Below, one piece after another: positions 8,442 to 17,238 of a stretch of 49,404 nt of DNA (its first letter is position 1; every line of letters begins with the position of its first letter). The translations under genes and the position numbers were made by a program. The notes below the pieces were generated by a model. That model saw only the letters and a program-made list of their open reading frames with translations, did not search any database and was not told where the DNA came from. Origin of the DNA: an uncultured Bacteroides sp. GTDB lineage: Bacteria; Bacteroidota; Bacteroidia; Bacteroidales; SM23-62. Where the stretch lies: NCBI GenBank assembly GCA_964477295.1, contig CAYZEZ010000001.1, forward strand, positions 1-49,404. Reading direction: 5' to 3'.

Positions 8442-9545
8442 TCAGCCCCTTCTGACTTCTGTCTTCTGACTTCTGTCTATCATTTCAATAAACTGATCAA
8501 ATAAAAATTCCGTGTCGGTTGGTCCGCCTGAAGCTTCGGGGTGGAATTGAGTAGAAAAGAATGGTTTTGATTTATGCTTAATCCCCTCATTGGTATTGTC
8601 GTTCAGATTGATGAAATAAGGCACCCAGTCTTTTGTAAGTGTTTTATTATCAATGGCAAATCCATGATTTTGTGAGGTGATAAAAGATTGGTTGGAACCG
8701 GTCAGGATAACGGGCTGATTGTGACTTCGATGCCCGTATTTCAGCTTATATGTATCGGCTCCTGAAGCCAGTGCCATGAGCTGATTTCCCAGGCAGATCC
8801 CCATAATAGGGATATCCTTTTTAAAGGCTTTAGCCAGATTGCTGATAGTGGCAGAGCATTGTTTCGGGTCACCCGGTCCGTTAGATATAAACAATCCATC
8901 GTATTCTTCATTAAGAAAGTCATTATTCCATGGAACCCGTATCACGGTTGTATCTCTTTTCAGCAAATATCGGATGATATTATATTTTACACCACAATCG
9001 ATTAACAGGATTTTATATTTTCCCTCCCCGTAAACCTCTTTTTCAGAGATGCTGACTTTATCTACCAGGTTTTCCTTATTGGGGTCATACAGATCAACAT
9101 CATGATCATCACAAATGATTTTTCCCAGCATGGTACCCTTTTCCCTCAGGATCTTTGTAAGCTGCCTGGTATCAATACCAAAGATACCAGGGATCTCATT
9201 TTCCTTCAGCCAGGTTCCCAGGCTTTTCTCAGCATTCCAATGGCTGTATTCGACGGAATAATCAGATACGATCAATCCTGAAATATGCAGACGGTCAGAT
9301 TCAAAAAATTTGAGCATCCGGTTTTCAATGGTATCCTGGGGAACTCCATAATTACCTATAAGCGGATAGGTCAAAACAAGGATCTGTCCTTTATAAGATG
9401 GATCGGTAAGACTTTCAGGATATCCGGTCATGGCTGTATTGAAAACCACTTCACCTGAGATCGACTTTTCAAAACCAAATGAGTTCCCATGAAACTCAGT
9501 GCCATCCTCCAGTACAAGATGTATCTTGTGTTTTTTGACAGTCAT
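8442..9545 (-). CDS. carA: Carbamoyl-phosphate synthase small (glutamine amidotransferase) subunit
   Basis: GNSFG...VVFNTAMTGYPE is the N-domain. The class I GATase triad context is GICLGNQL and FSTQFHPE. Confidence 0.95.
   Translation of the reverse strand: MTVKKHKIHLVLEDGTEFHGNSFGFEKSISGEVVFNTAMTGYPESLTDPSYKGQILVLTYPLIGNYGVPQDTIENRMLKFFESDRLHISGLIVSDYSVEYSHWNAEKSLGTWLKENEIPGIFGIDTRQLTKILREKGTMLGKIICDDHDVDLYDPNKENLVDKVSISEKEVYGEGKYKILLIDCGVKYNIIRYLLKRDTTVIRVPWNNDFLNEEYDGLFISNGPGDPKQCSATISNLAKAFKKDIPIMGICLGNQLMALASGADTYKLKYGHRSHNQPVILTGSNQSFITSQNHGFAIDNKTLTKDWVPYFINLNDNTNEGIKHKSKPFFSTQFHPEASGGPTDTEFLFDQFIEMIDRSQKTEVRRG
8449..8476. repeat. Four tandem heptamers CTTCTGW (2 x the 14-mer cttctgacttctgt) overlapping the carA 3' end; two CCAGTCT heptamers lie nearby at 8410-8423
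   Basis: Read directly: cttctga cttctgt cttctga cttctgt at 8449-8476. These encode the last carA residues, RSQKTEVRR. Confidence 0.8.
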
Positions 9546-9549
9546 AGAT

Positions 9550-11016
9550 TTATTCCTGTTGATCTGTAAGGAGTGAATTTATTATCTTTTCGACCTGCTC
9601 CGGATCGATCTTTTTTGCAATGATCTTTTTATCCTTATCCAGCAGATAGAGGGAGGGTGTAGTGGCTACATCATAGAAGTTCTTATAGCTAAAATCATAT
9701 GGATTCCAGCAATTGATCCAGTCATACAGCCCATGTTCATTAACGAAATTAATCCATTTTACCTTTCCTTCCTCTCCGCCAAGCATGTGCATGGCTATCA
9801 CCTTAACATCTTTTTCTTTGAGCCTCTGGTAGACTTCATACAGTTTAGGGGTAGCGGTTTTGCAATGCCCGCAATCTGATTCCCAGAAAAATAAAATGGT
9901 GAAGGTGGCTTTAATATCATACAGGTTGAAAAAATTACCGACATAGGGATTTTTTTTCATCTCTTCATTATCGGCTGCCTCCATGAAATGTTCGGTTGAA
10001 ACGCTAACCATCTGGAAATCCTCAGCAGTCTGACCGATAAGGGTAGGTTTGCTTTTTTCTACCCGCTCTTTAAGTTTACTGATAAATTCAGGATCACTCC
10101 AGTCTGCTTCCGGGATATAATACTTCTCTGCAATATGGATATATACAGCATCCATTCCCATGATCTGGCTTTTAGCGAAATAGTTAAACAGGGTAATGAG
10201 CATATACCTGAAAAGCTGGGGATCGGTACGGGATTTTTCAATCAGCATATCCACTTCCCTGATCAGGGTATCGGGAGCCTGGTAAACCACCTTTTCAATA
10301 TAGGTCATGACTTTCTGTTCATAAAAAGGAGTTCTAAGAAGCCTCACATCGGATATATCGAAATTATCGAAGTAATGAGCCTTATAGTATTTATACTGGA
10401 AGGCAGGATCGATTACATTGCCTTCTTCATCTTTGGGAGGATCCGGAACCTTGATTTCCTGGAGGGCCAACAGGAACTTGCTGAAAAAAGTACCTTCATT
10501 CGCATGTATCAGTTCTTCAATATGGGCCATAACCTCATCATTGAGAGCGGTTAACTCTTCCTGGATTTTTGTCTTTTCTTCTTCTTTATCTGCAGCCTGC
10601 AACCTTTCCTGTATCTCTTTCGCCCGGGCTGAACGTTTTTTAAGGTAACGCTGGTAATTATAAAAAAGAGTGTTTTCTTCTGATCCCTTAATGATAATGT
10701 TGTCTACAAAATCCGCAGTGTCATTTTCAACATAAAATTCCTGGTCATCACTAATCAGCAGATCAAAAAAACTTTTATTCGGGAGAAACAATAAGTACAT
10801 TCCCTGTGGAAGTGGACCTTCTCCCTCAAAAACACCTGCTCCCTTGCTGTCAAGTACAGCAGTATCTTTTGGAACGTAGGAGGCATTAAAACGGTGACCA
10901 ATAGTGATTGTATCACCCGGGAAGTCTTTCAGCTTGACTTCAATCCTGTAACTTTGAGCTGATATAAAACTAATGTGAGATATGAATATACAGCTTAAAA
11001 AGAATAATTTTCGCAT
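9550..11016 (-). CDS. TlpA/AhpC-TSA-like thiol-disulfide oxidoreductase with an extended N-terminal region (secreted)
   Basis: The signal peptide MRKLFFLSCIFISHISFISAQ suggests a start at 11016; the track ORF extends to 11055. The C-terminal thioredoxin fold carries the motif WESDCGHCK. The stop is only 4 nt from the carA start. Confidence 0.75.
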   Translation of the reverse strand: MRKLFFLSCIFISHISFISAQSYRIEVKLKDFPGDTITIGHRFNASYVPKDTAVLDSKGAGVFEGEGPLPQGMYLLFLPNKSFFDLLISDDQEFYVENDTADFVDNIIIKGSEENTLFYNYQRYLKKRSARAKEIQERLQAADKEEEKTKIQEELTALNDEVMAHIEELIHANEGTFFSKFLLALQEIKVPDPPKDEEGNVIDPAFQYKYYKAHYFDNFDISDVRLLRTPFYEQKVMTYIEKVVYQAPDTLIREVDMLIEKSRTDPQLFRYMLITLFNYFAKSQIMGMDAVYIHIAEKYYIPEADWSDPEFISKLKERVEKSKPTLIGQTAEDFQMVSVSTEHFMEAADNEEMKKNPYVGNFFNLYDIKATFTILFFWESDCGHCKTATPKLYEVYQRLKEKDVKVIAMHMLGGEEGKVKWINFVNEHGLYDWINCWNPYDFSYKNFYDVATTPSLYLLDKDKKIIAKKIDPEQVEKIINSLLTDQQE

Positions 11017-11128
11017 ACACATGTTTTGCATATATAACGGAAAAAATCGTGCCATAACATGTCATCAGGCACGAACTTTAATGGGCAAAGATAAACTTTT
11101 AGGATTAAATATTAGGATGACAGTGTCT

Positions 11129-12826
11129 TTATTTCTCAGGTGGAATTGTTTCGGAAATAGCCATTGAAATACTACAGATATAATCACCCAATCGTTCGCA
11201 CAGTGCAAGGATATCATTGTATACCACACCTGCCTGGTATTTATAGTTTTTATTTTCAATATTGCTGAGATGTTCCTGTTTCAAATCATTTCTGAGTGAA
11301 TTGATCTTAGCCTCAATTTCCATTGCACTTTCCAAATTAACGGATGTATAATCGGTTTCAAGATTATTTAGCATTACCTCAAAAGCCTCCTCGAGCAAAT
11401 CGAACATTCCATTCAGGTTATCTCTCAGATCCTGGGAAAACCATATTTTACCCTTTTTCTTGCGCTGTACAGCCTGAGCAATATTATAACATGAATCTCC
11501 AATACTTTCTATATCATCAACAAGCTTTAGCATGGCCTGTATTTTTATAGTTCCAGGCTGGCTTAATTCTCCTTCAGTTACCTTGGTTAGATACCTGGCA
11601 ATCTCTATCTCCATCCTGTCGACGATCTCTTCCTGATGATCTATGCGATGCTGATAATATTGGTATTTTTCATCGTTCGTCTCCATGAACAGGTCGCGTA
11701 CCGTTTTATACATTTTATGGGTTCTGTGAGCATATAAGGCAATCTCTTTCCTGGCTTGCAGAATGGATAGCTCAGAGATAGAAAGCAACCCGGTTTTAAA
11801 ATGTTTCAACCGGTACATTTCATTTTTGTCCTTTTTACCCCGGATGATCCAGGAAGATAATTTTTCTATTTGTTTTATAAATCCTGCCAGGAAAACGGTA
11901 TTGAATAAATTAAAAGCTGTGTGAAAAAAAGCAAGGGCGATTGGGATGGATACCACGTCCAGGAAGGGTGAAGGTCTACCTGTACTCACCATAAAAAAGT
12001 CGATTGCCTGCAATGCCGGTTTCAATAGAACCAAAGCCCAGGTGATCCCGATCATATTGAACAGGAAATGAGACAATGCTGCCCTCTTGGCAGCAGTATT
12101 TGCAACCAGGGCGGCAAGGTTGGCTGTAATGGTTGTTCCAACATTCTCTCCCAGTACCATCGCGGCTGCCAGATCAAAAGTGATCCAGCCTTTATAACAC
12201 ATGACAAAAGTTAGGGCCATAGCAGCACTCGAAGATTGGATTAACAGCGTAATGGCGATCCCTATACCAAGGAATATAAGTGTGGTTACCATTCCCTTCC
12301 CGATATAACCGGTTACAAATTCAATCAGTTCTGGCTGTGCGCTTATATCAGGTATAGTGGTTTTCAGGAATTCCAGTCCAATAAAGATAAGTGCAAACCC
12401 GATCAAAAACTCTCCCCAGCTTCTCCCGTTATTGTGCCGTAAAAACAGAAGAGGGAATCCTATGCCAATCAGAGGTAATGCCAGGCTGCTGATTTTAAGG
12501 TTAAATCCTAACAACGACACCAGCCAGGCTGTCAGGGTAGTACCAATATTTGCACCCATTATCACCCCTATTGACTCAAACAGTGTTAACAGGCCCGCAT
12601 TAACAAAACTGACAACCATCACCGTGGTGGCTGAAGAGGATTGTATCAGGGAAGTAATGATAAGACCTGATAAAATGCTTCGTGTCCGGTTGGAAGTTAT
12701 CATGGCAAGTATACTTCTCAACCTTACACCTGTAGCCTTTTGTAATGCTTCACTCATGATCTTCATCCCGAAAAGGAAAAGACCAAGTGAGCCCATCAGG
12801 GTAAGTATATCAATCAGAAGGTGCAA
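11129..12826 (-). CDS. Na+/phosphate cotransporter family protein with a PhoU-like C-terminal domain
   Basis: Duplicated polytopic membrane repeats are present (LIQSSSATTVMVVSF and LIQSSSAAMALTF), followed by a soluble helical C-terminal region. Confidence 0.85.
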   Translation of the reverse strand: MHLLIDILTLMGSLGLFLFGMKIMSEALQKATGVRLRSILAMITSNRTRSILSGLIITSLIQSSSATTVMVVSFVNAGLLTLFESIGVIMGANIGTTLTAWLVSLLGFNLKISSLALPLIGIGFPLLFLRHNNGRSWGEFLIGFALIFIGLEFLKTTIPDISAQPELIEFVTGYIGKGMVTTLIFLGIGIAITLLIQSSSAAMALTFVMCYKGWITFDLAAAMVLGENVGTTITANLAALVANTAAKRAALSHFLFNMIGITWALVLLKPALQAIDFFMVSTGRPSPFLDVVSIPIALAFFHTAFNLFNTVFLAGFIKQIEKLSSWIIRGKKDKNEMYRLKHFKTGLLSISELSILQARKEIALYAHRTHKMYKTVRDLFMETNDEKYQYYQHRIDHQEEIVDRMEIEIARYLTKVTEGELSQPGTIKIQAMLKLVDDIESIGDSCYNIAQAVQRKKKGKIWFSQDLRDNLNGMFDLLEEAFEVMLNNLETDYTSVNLESAMEIEAKINSLRNDLKQEHLSNIENKNYKYQAGVVYNDILALCERLGDYICSISMAISETIPPEK

Positions 12827-13002
12827 TACACAGATATTGGGTTGGTGAGAGTGTAAAATTAATATATGATTATAATTAATCCCCAGAAGGAAAGCAAAAG
12901 CACCGGTAAATCAGAAATTTCATTTTTTTTCAAAACAAATTGGTAGGTAACAGTGTTTGTGTTACATTTAAAATACCTAACAACCCAGTTTGAATTATTC
13001 AG

Positions 13003-13977
13003 ATGCTGGATTTTACAGAAGCACAACATATAATCAATGAACAACTGAATAAGCTGCGTTTATCAAATGAACCGGTGGAATTGTACGAACCGATACGGTA
13101 TATATTATCCATTGGTGGCAAAAGGCTTCGTCCTGCGCTGGTGTTAATGTCATGCAGCCTTTTTACAGATTCAGTAGATCATGCAATTCAACCGGCCCTG
13201 GGCATAGAGGTTTTCCATAATTTTACCCTGCTGCACGACGATATCATGGATCAATCAAAGGTTCGCCGTAACCAGCCTACGGTGCATAATAAATGGAACA
13301 ATAATATTGCTATTTTATCGGGTGACACCATGTCGATACTATCCTATCGGTATATATTGCAAAGCCCTGAAGATCAGCTGAAAGATGTTCTTGAATTATT
13401 CAATACAACGGCACTGGAGGTATGCGAAGGACAACAATTTGATCTGAATTTTGAAGATGAATTGCAGGTTAGCGTGCATGATTATATCAGGATGATCGAA
13501 TTGAAAACTTCAGTATTAATTGCTGCCAGTTTAAAGCTGGGCGCCATTCTGGGAAGAGCCTCCGGGGAGGATCGCCATCATCTTTATGAATTTGGAAGAA
13601 ACCTGGGAATTGCATTCCAGATCCGCGACGATTACCTCGACACATATGGGGATCCTGAGAAATTTGGCAAGAAGATTGGTAATGATATTGTTACCAACAA
13701 AAAAACCTATCTGATGATTATGGCCCTGGAGCTTGCCAAGGGGAAACATTTCGATGAATTAAATCAACTCCTGAAGAATAATGAAATCGGGCAGGAGGGG
13801 AAAATCAGTATGGTTAAGAATATATATAACCAACTTGAAGTTGGGAAAATTACGGAAATAAAAGCACAGGAATTCTATGATAAATCCCTCCTGTCGCTGA
13901 GGAATGTTTCGGTGCCAGCCGACAAAAAAGAGGCTCTGTTTCAATTTGCCAGTGAACTCATGGAGAGGGAATCATAA
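13003..13977 (+). CDS. Polyprenyl diphosphate synthase (trans-isoprenyl diphosphate synthase family)
   Basis: The first and second Asp-rich motifs are LLHDDIMD and FQIRDDYLD. Product chain length cannot be determined from the sequence. Confidence 0.85.
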   Translation: MLDFTEAQHIINEQLNKLRLSNEPVELYEPIRYILSIGGKRLRPALVLMSCSLFTDSVDHAIQPALGIEVFHNFTLLHDDIMDQSKVRRNQPTVHNKWNNNIAILSGDTMSILSYRYILQSPEDQLKDVLELFNTTALEVCEGQQFDLNFEDELQVSVHDYIRMIELKTSVLIAASLKLGAILGRASGEDRHHLYEFGRNLGIAFQIRDDYLDTYGDPEKFGKKIGNDIVTNKKTYLMIMALELAKGKHFDELNQLLKNNEIGQEGKISMVKNIYNQLEVGKITEIKAQEFYDKSLLSLRNVSVPADKKEALFQFASELMERES

Positions 13978-13986
13978 ATAATCGTC

Positions 13987-16900
13987 CTACCGGGGCTGGG
14001 GCAATGGAACTCCTTGCTGCGACTGAAAATAGCGCTGATAGTTAATGGTAAACAACTCTTCAGCCCTTGAAGATAGTTCACTCCGCCCGGCATTTGCCGT
14101 AATCCGCCTGTAATCCTGTGTAACCTGTAAATCAAGGCGTATCTCGTAATCAATGCTCTGCCTAAATTCCGGCTTCAGTGACATAAAATAGGACAGGTCC
14201 TCGGCAGCCATATCCAGATGTGTATTAACGATGGAATCTGCTTTTTCCGGCTGGTTGCAATCGTAATATGCTTCGGCGATAGCCGGGACAAAAAGATCAA
14301 AAGGAACCTTTTCGTTTGGCATTAGTTGCATGCACTTATCGAGCACCCTGTTGGCGGAATCCAACTTATTCTTCTGGATAAGATTTTCAGCCAGACGAGT
14401 AAAATTATTTCTTAGTTTAATGACTCCCAGGGTTCTGATGTTGTAATAATCGAGATATACATCCGGTTGATCCATCCTGCCATATGAGAACTTATTCATC
14501 ATATTGTCATACAGAATATCGGTATCAATTCTTCCGTAGGTATAAAAATTCCCTCCCTGGGTTTTGATCGGAACCAGTCGGTATGCATATCCTTCTATCT
14601 GGAAATAGGGTTCAAGGTTTAAGGCTCCTTCATTACCGGCGGCAACAAAATATATGGGCCTGTCCCAGTTATTGGTAGCCAGGATATCAAGTTGCATCAT
14701 CTCATTTTTAAGGATTGTACTCTTGTTCAACCGGAAATCGATGTACGGAACCATCTTGCCGGCATCTTCCGGCTTAACCGTCCCATTTTGCAGTACTTTC
14801 GCAGAATCAACAGTGAGTCTGAAATTTTTTGTGGGGACAAAATCCAGGCTCATGCCGGGCTGGGGTTTAATTTTAGACCGGGGATCATCACTTTTAATAA
14901 AATCCACTACCTGTTTCAGCTCGACATTATTTTTAAATGTTTCCAGCAGGTAAAGGTAATTATTAGTTCCATCCTGGTATTTTCTTTCCGGTAATGACAT
15001 GGGGACAGGATCAGACTCATAGGCTTTATTTTTCATCACATCAATATACCATTGAGTGTTAAAAAGCATCAGGTTGATGATCCTCACGTCGGTCCTTACA
15101 CCTTCCACTTCCTGAATATACCATAGCGGAAATGTATCGTTATCCCCATTGGTGAACAGAATTGCGTTAGGGGCACAACTGTTGAGGTAATTGAATGCAT
15201 GAGCCCTGGCAGTATAGCGACCGGAACGGTCATGATCGTCCCAGTTTTCCCGGGCCATAAGCCCCGGCACAAAAATGAGGCTGATCAGGAAGACTATGCT
15301 TGCACTGAAGATTGCAGGTGCCTTTTTCCTGAGAAAATCATACAGTGAAAGTACGCCGAGTCCTATCCAGATGGAAAATGCATAAAATGATCCAACATAC
15401 GAATAATCCCGCTCCCTTGGCTCCTGGGGTTTTTGATTAAGGTACACGACAATAGCGATCCCGGTAAGAATAAAAAGGAACAGGATCACTGAGAAATCCT
15501 TTTTATGTTTTTTCGAATGGTAAAAAACACCTATTAGCCCCAGCAGGAGCGGCAGCATATAATATTTGTTCCTTGCTTTATGATTCAGGTACCTTGAGGG
15601 TAGCTTGTCCTGCGACCCCAGCCTTGCCTTATCTATAAACTTAATACCGCTCAGCCAGTTACCGTTTAGAATCTCTCCATGTCCCTGGATATCATTCTGG
15701 CGGCCGGCAAAGTTCCACATGAAATACCTCAGGTACATATACCCGACCTGGTATTTGAAGAAAAAAGCCAGGTTGTTTCCGAAAGAGGGCTTTGTTAAAG
15801 ACTGCATTTTACCGTCGCGCCCCTTGATATTCACCTTTTTACCTTTAATCTTAACCCATGATTCATAGGCCTGTACGTGTGCAGGATCATTGCTGTACAT
15901 TCTGGGGAACACAGTAGTTAATTCAGGGGAAAAAATATATTTACTCTTCCGGTCTATTTCTTTATACTTGCCATCCACTGGCCTGTACACCGGCGCCCCT
16001 TCCTTTATATCAATAATAGGTGCATTGTAATACTGGCCCTTCAGCAGGGGTCTGTCTCCATATTGTTCCCGCTTGAGATAAGATATCAGGTCAAAGACAG
16101 TTTCCGGATTGTTCATATCCATGGGCGGATTGGCATTCGACCGGATCACAATCAGTGTGAATGAAGAATAACCAATGATAATCATGGTAAAAGCAAGAAT
16201 GACAGTATTTAAAATGACCTTATTCTTTTTATGGGTATAATACACACCATAAGCAATTAATCCACCTATCAATAATGCATAAAATATTACACCGGAATTG
16301 AAGGGTAAGCCGAAGCTATTCACGAAAGCCAGTTCAAACCAGGAAGCTACTATCACGAACCAGTTGATTACACCGTATTGGATGAATCCAAGGATGACCA
16401 GTGACAACAAAAGGGCGTATATGATCCCTTTCGGCGTAGCTTTGAATTTTTTGAAATAGTAAACGAGAACGATCGCAGGAATGGCCAGCAGGTTCAGCAG
16501 GTGAACCCCGATGGAAAGCCCCATTAGGTAAGCAATAAGCAGGATCCATCGGTTGGAATTGGGTTCATCCGCGACATTTTCCCACTTTAGGATGGCCCAG
16601 AAGACGATTGCAGTGAAGAGGGATGAGTTACCGTATACTTCTCCTTCCACGGCTGAAAACCAGAATGAATCACTAAAAGTATAGGCCAGGGCCCCGACGA
16701 TTCCGCTTCCAAAAATGGCAATGAGCTGGTGTAATTCACACTCCCCGTTTTTTATCACTATTTTTTTAGCCAGGTGGGTGATTGTCCAGAACAGGAACAT
16801 AATGGTCAGGCTGCTGCTCAGTGCCGAAAGTACGTTAATCATTTTAGCCGCGTTGGCGGAGTCTCCGGCAAACAATGAAAAAAACCGTCCCAATAACAGG

Positions 16901-17091
16901 AAAAATGGTGCTCCCGGAGGATGGGGGACCTCCAGCTTATAGGAGCAGGCAATAAATTCACCGCAATCCCATAAGCTAACGGTTGGTTCAAGTGTCAATA
17001 AGTAAACGGTTGTTGCAATGGCAAAAACCAACCATCCTATTATAATGTTCCAACGGGTATATTGTGTCATAAGAAAATGATTATCGATCAA
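13987..17091 (-). CDS. DUF2723-family polytopic membrane protein (GT-C / PMT-like glycosyltransferase fold) with a C-terminal helical-repeat region
   Basis: The N-terminus LTLEPTVSLWDCGEFIACSYKLEVPHPPGAPFFLLLGR is the DUF2723 signature, followed by many TM segments. The true start may be M8 (17070). Confidence 0.75.
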   Translation of the reverse strand: MIDNHFLMTQYTRWNIIIGWLVFAIATTVYLLTLEPTVSLWDCGEFIACSYKLEVPHPPGAPFFLLLGRFFSLFAGDSANAAKMINVLSALSSSLTIMFLFWTITHLAKKIVIKNGECELHQLIAIFGSGIVGALAYTFSDSFWFSAVEGEVYGNSSLFTAIVFWAILKWENVADEPNSNRWILLIAYLMGLSIGVHLLNLLAIPAIVLVYYFKKFKATPKGIIYALLLSLVILGFIQYGVINWFVIVASWFELAFVNSFGLPFNSGVIFYALLIGGLIAYGVYYTHKKNKVILNTVILAFTMIIIGYSSFTLIVIRSNANPPMDMNNPETVFDLISYLKREQYGDRPLLKGQYYNAPIIDIKEGAPVYRPVDGKYKEIDRKSKYIFSPELTTVFPRMYSNDPAHVQAYESWVKIKGKKVNIKGRDGKMQSLTKPSFGNNLAFFFKYQVGYMYLRYFMWNFAGRQNDIQGHGEILNGNWLSGIKFIDKARLGSQDKLPSRYLNHKARNKYYMLPLLLGLIGVFYHSKKHKKDFSVILFLFILTGIAIVVYLNQKPQEPRERDYSYVGSFYAFSIWIGLGVLSLYDFLRKKAPAIFSASIVFLISLIFVPGLMARENWDDHDRSGRYTARAHAFNYLNSCAPNAILFTNGDNDTFPLWYIQEVEGVRTDVRIINLMLFNTQWYIDVMKNKAYESDPVPMSLPERKYQDGTNNYLYLLETFKNNVELKQVVDFIKSDDPRSKIKPQPGMSLDFVPTKNFRLTVDSAKVLQNGTVKPEDAGKMVPYIDFRLNKSTILKNEMMQLDILATNNWDRPIYFVAAGNEGALNLEPYFQIEGYAYRLVPIKTQGGNFYTYGRIDTDILYDNMMNKFSYGRMDQPDVYLDYYNIRTLGVIKLRNNFTRLAENLIQKNKLDSANRVLDKCMQLMPNEKVPFDLFVPAIAEAYYDCNQPEKADSIVNTHLDMAAEDLSYFMSLKPEFRQSIDYEIRLDLQVTQDYRRITANAGRSELSSRAEELFTINYQRYFQSQQGVPLPQPR

Positions 17092-17174
17092 TAATATCTG
17101 GGCGAATTTAATGTTTTTCTTATTATAAACTAATTATCAAAGTATGGATTTTCCTGAGTTTGCATTGTTTGATA

Positions 17175-17182
17175 TAATTTTG
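17175..17182 (+). promoter_or_regulatory. Candidate -7 promoter box TAATTTTG upstream of the 959-aa gene
   Basis: Exact TAnnTTTG match 57 nt upstream of the ATG at 17239. Confidence 0.3.
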
Positions 17183-17238
17183 AAGTATTTTCGAAGGATG
17201 AGCTGCAGGCTTGTAAGAAAGGGAAAATAGATCAGGTT

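Noticed and set aside
12357-12848. 163-aa plus-strand ORF
   Set aside because: It is antisense to the Na/Pi cotransporter gene, whose translation shows clear family motifs. The antisense product has no features of a real protein.
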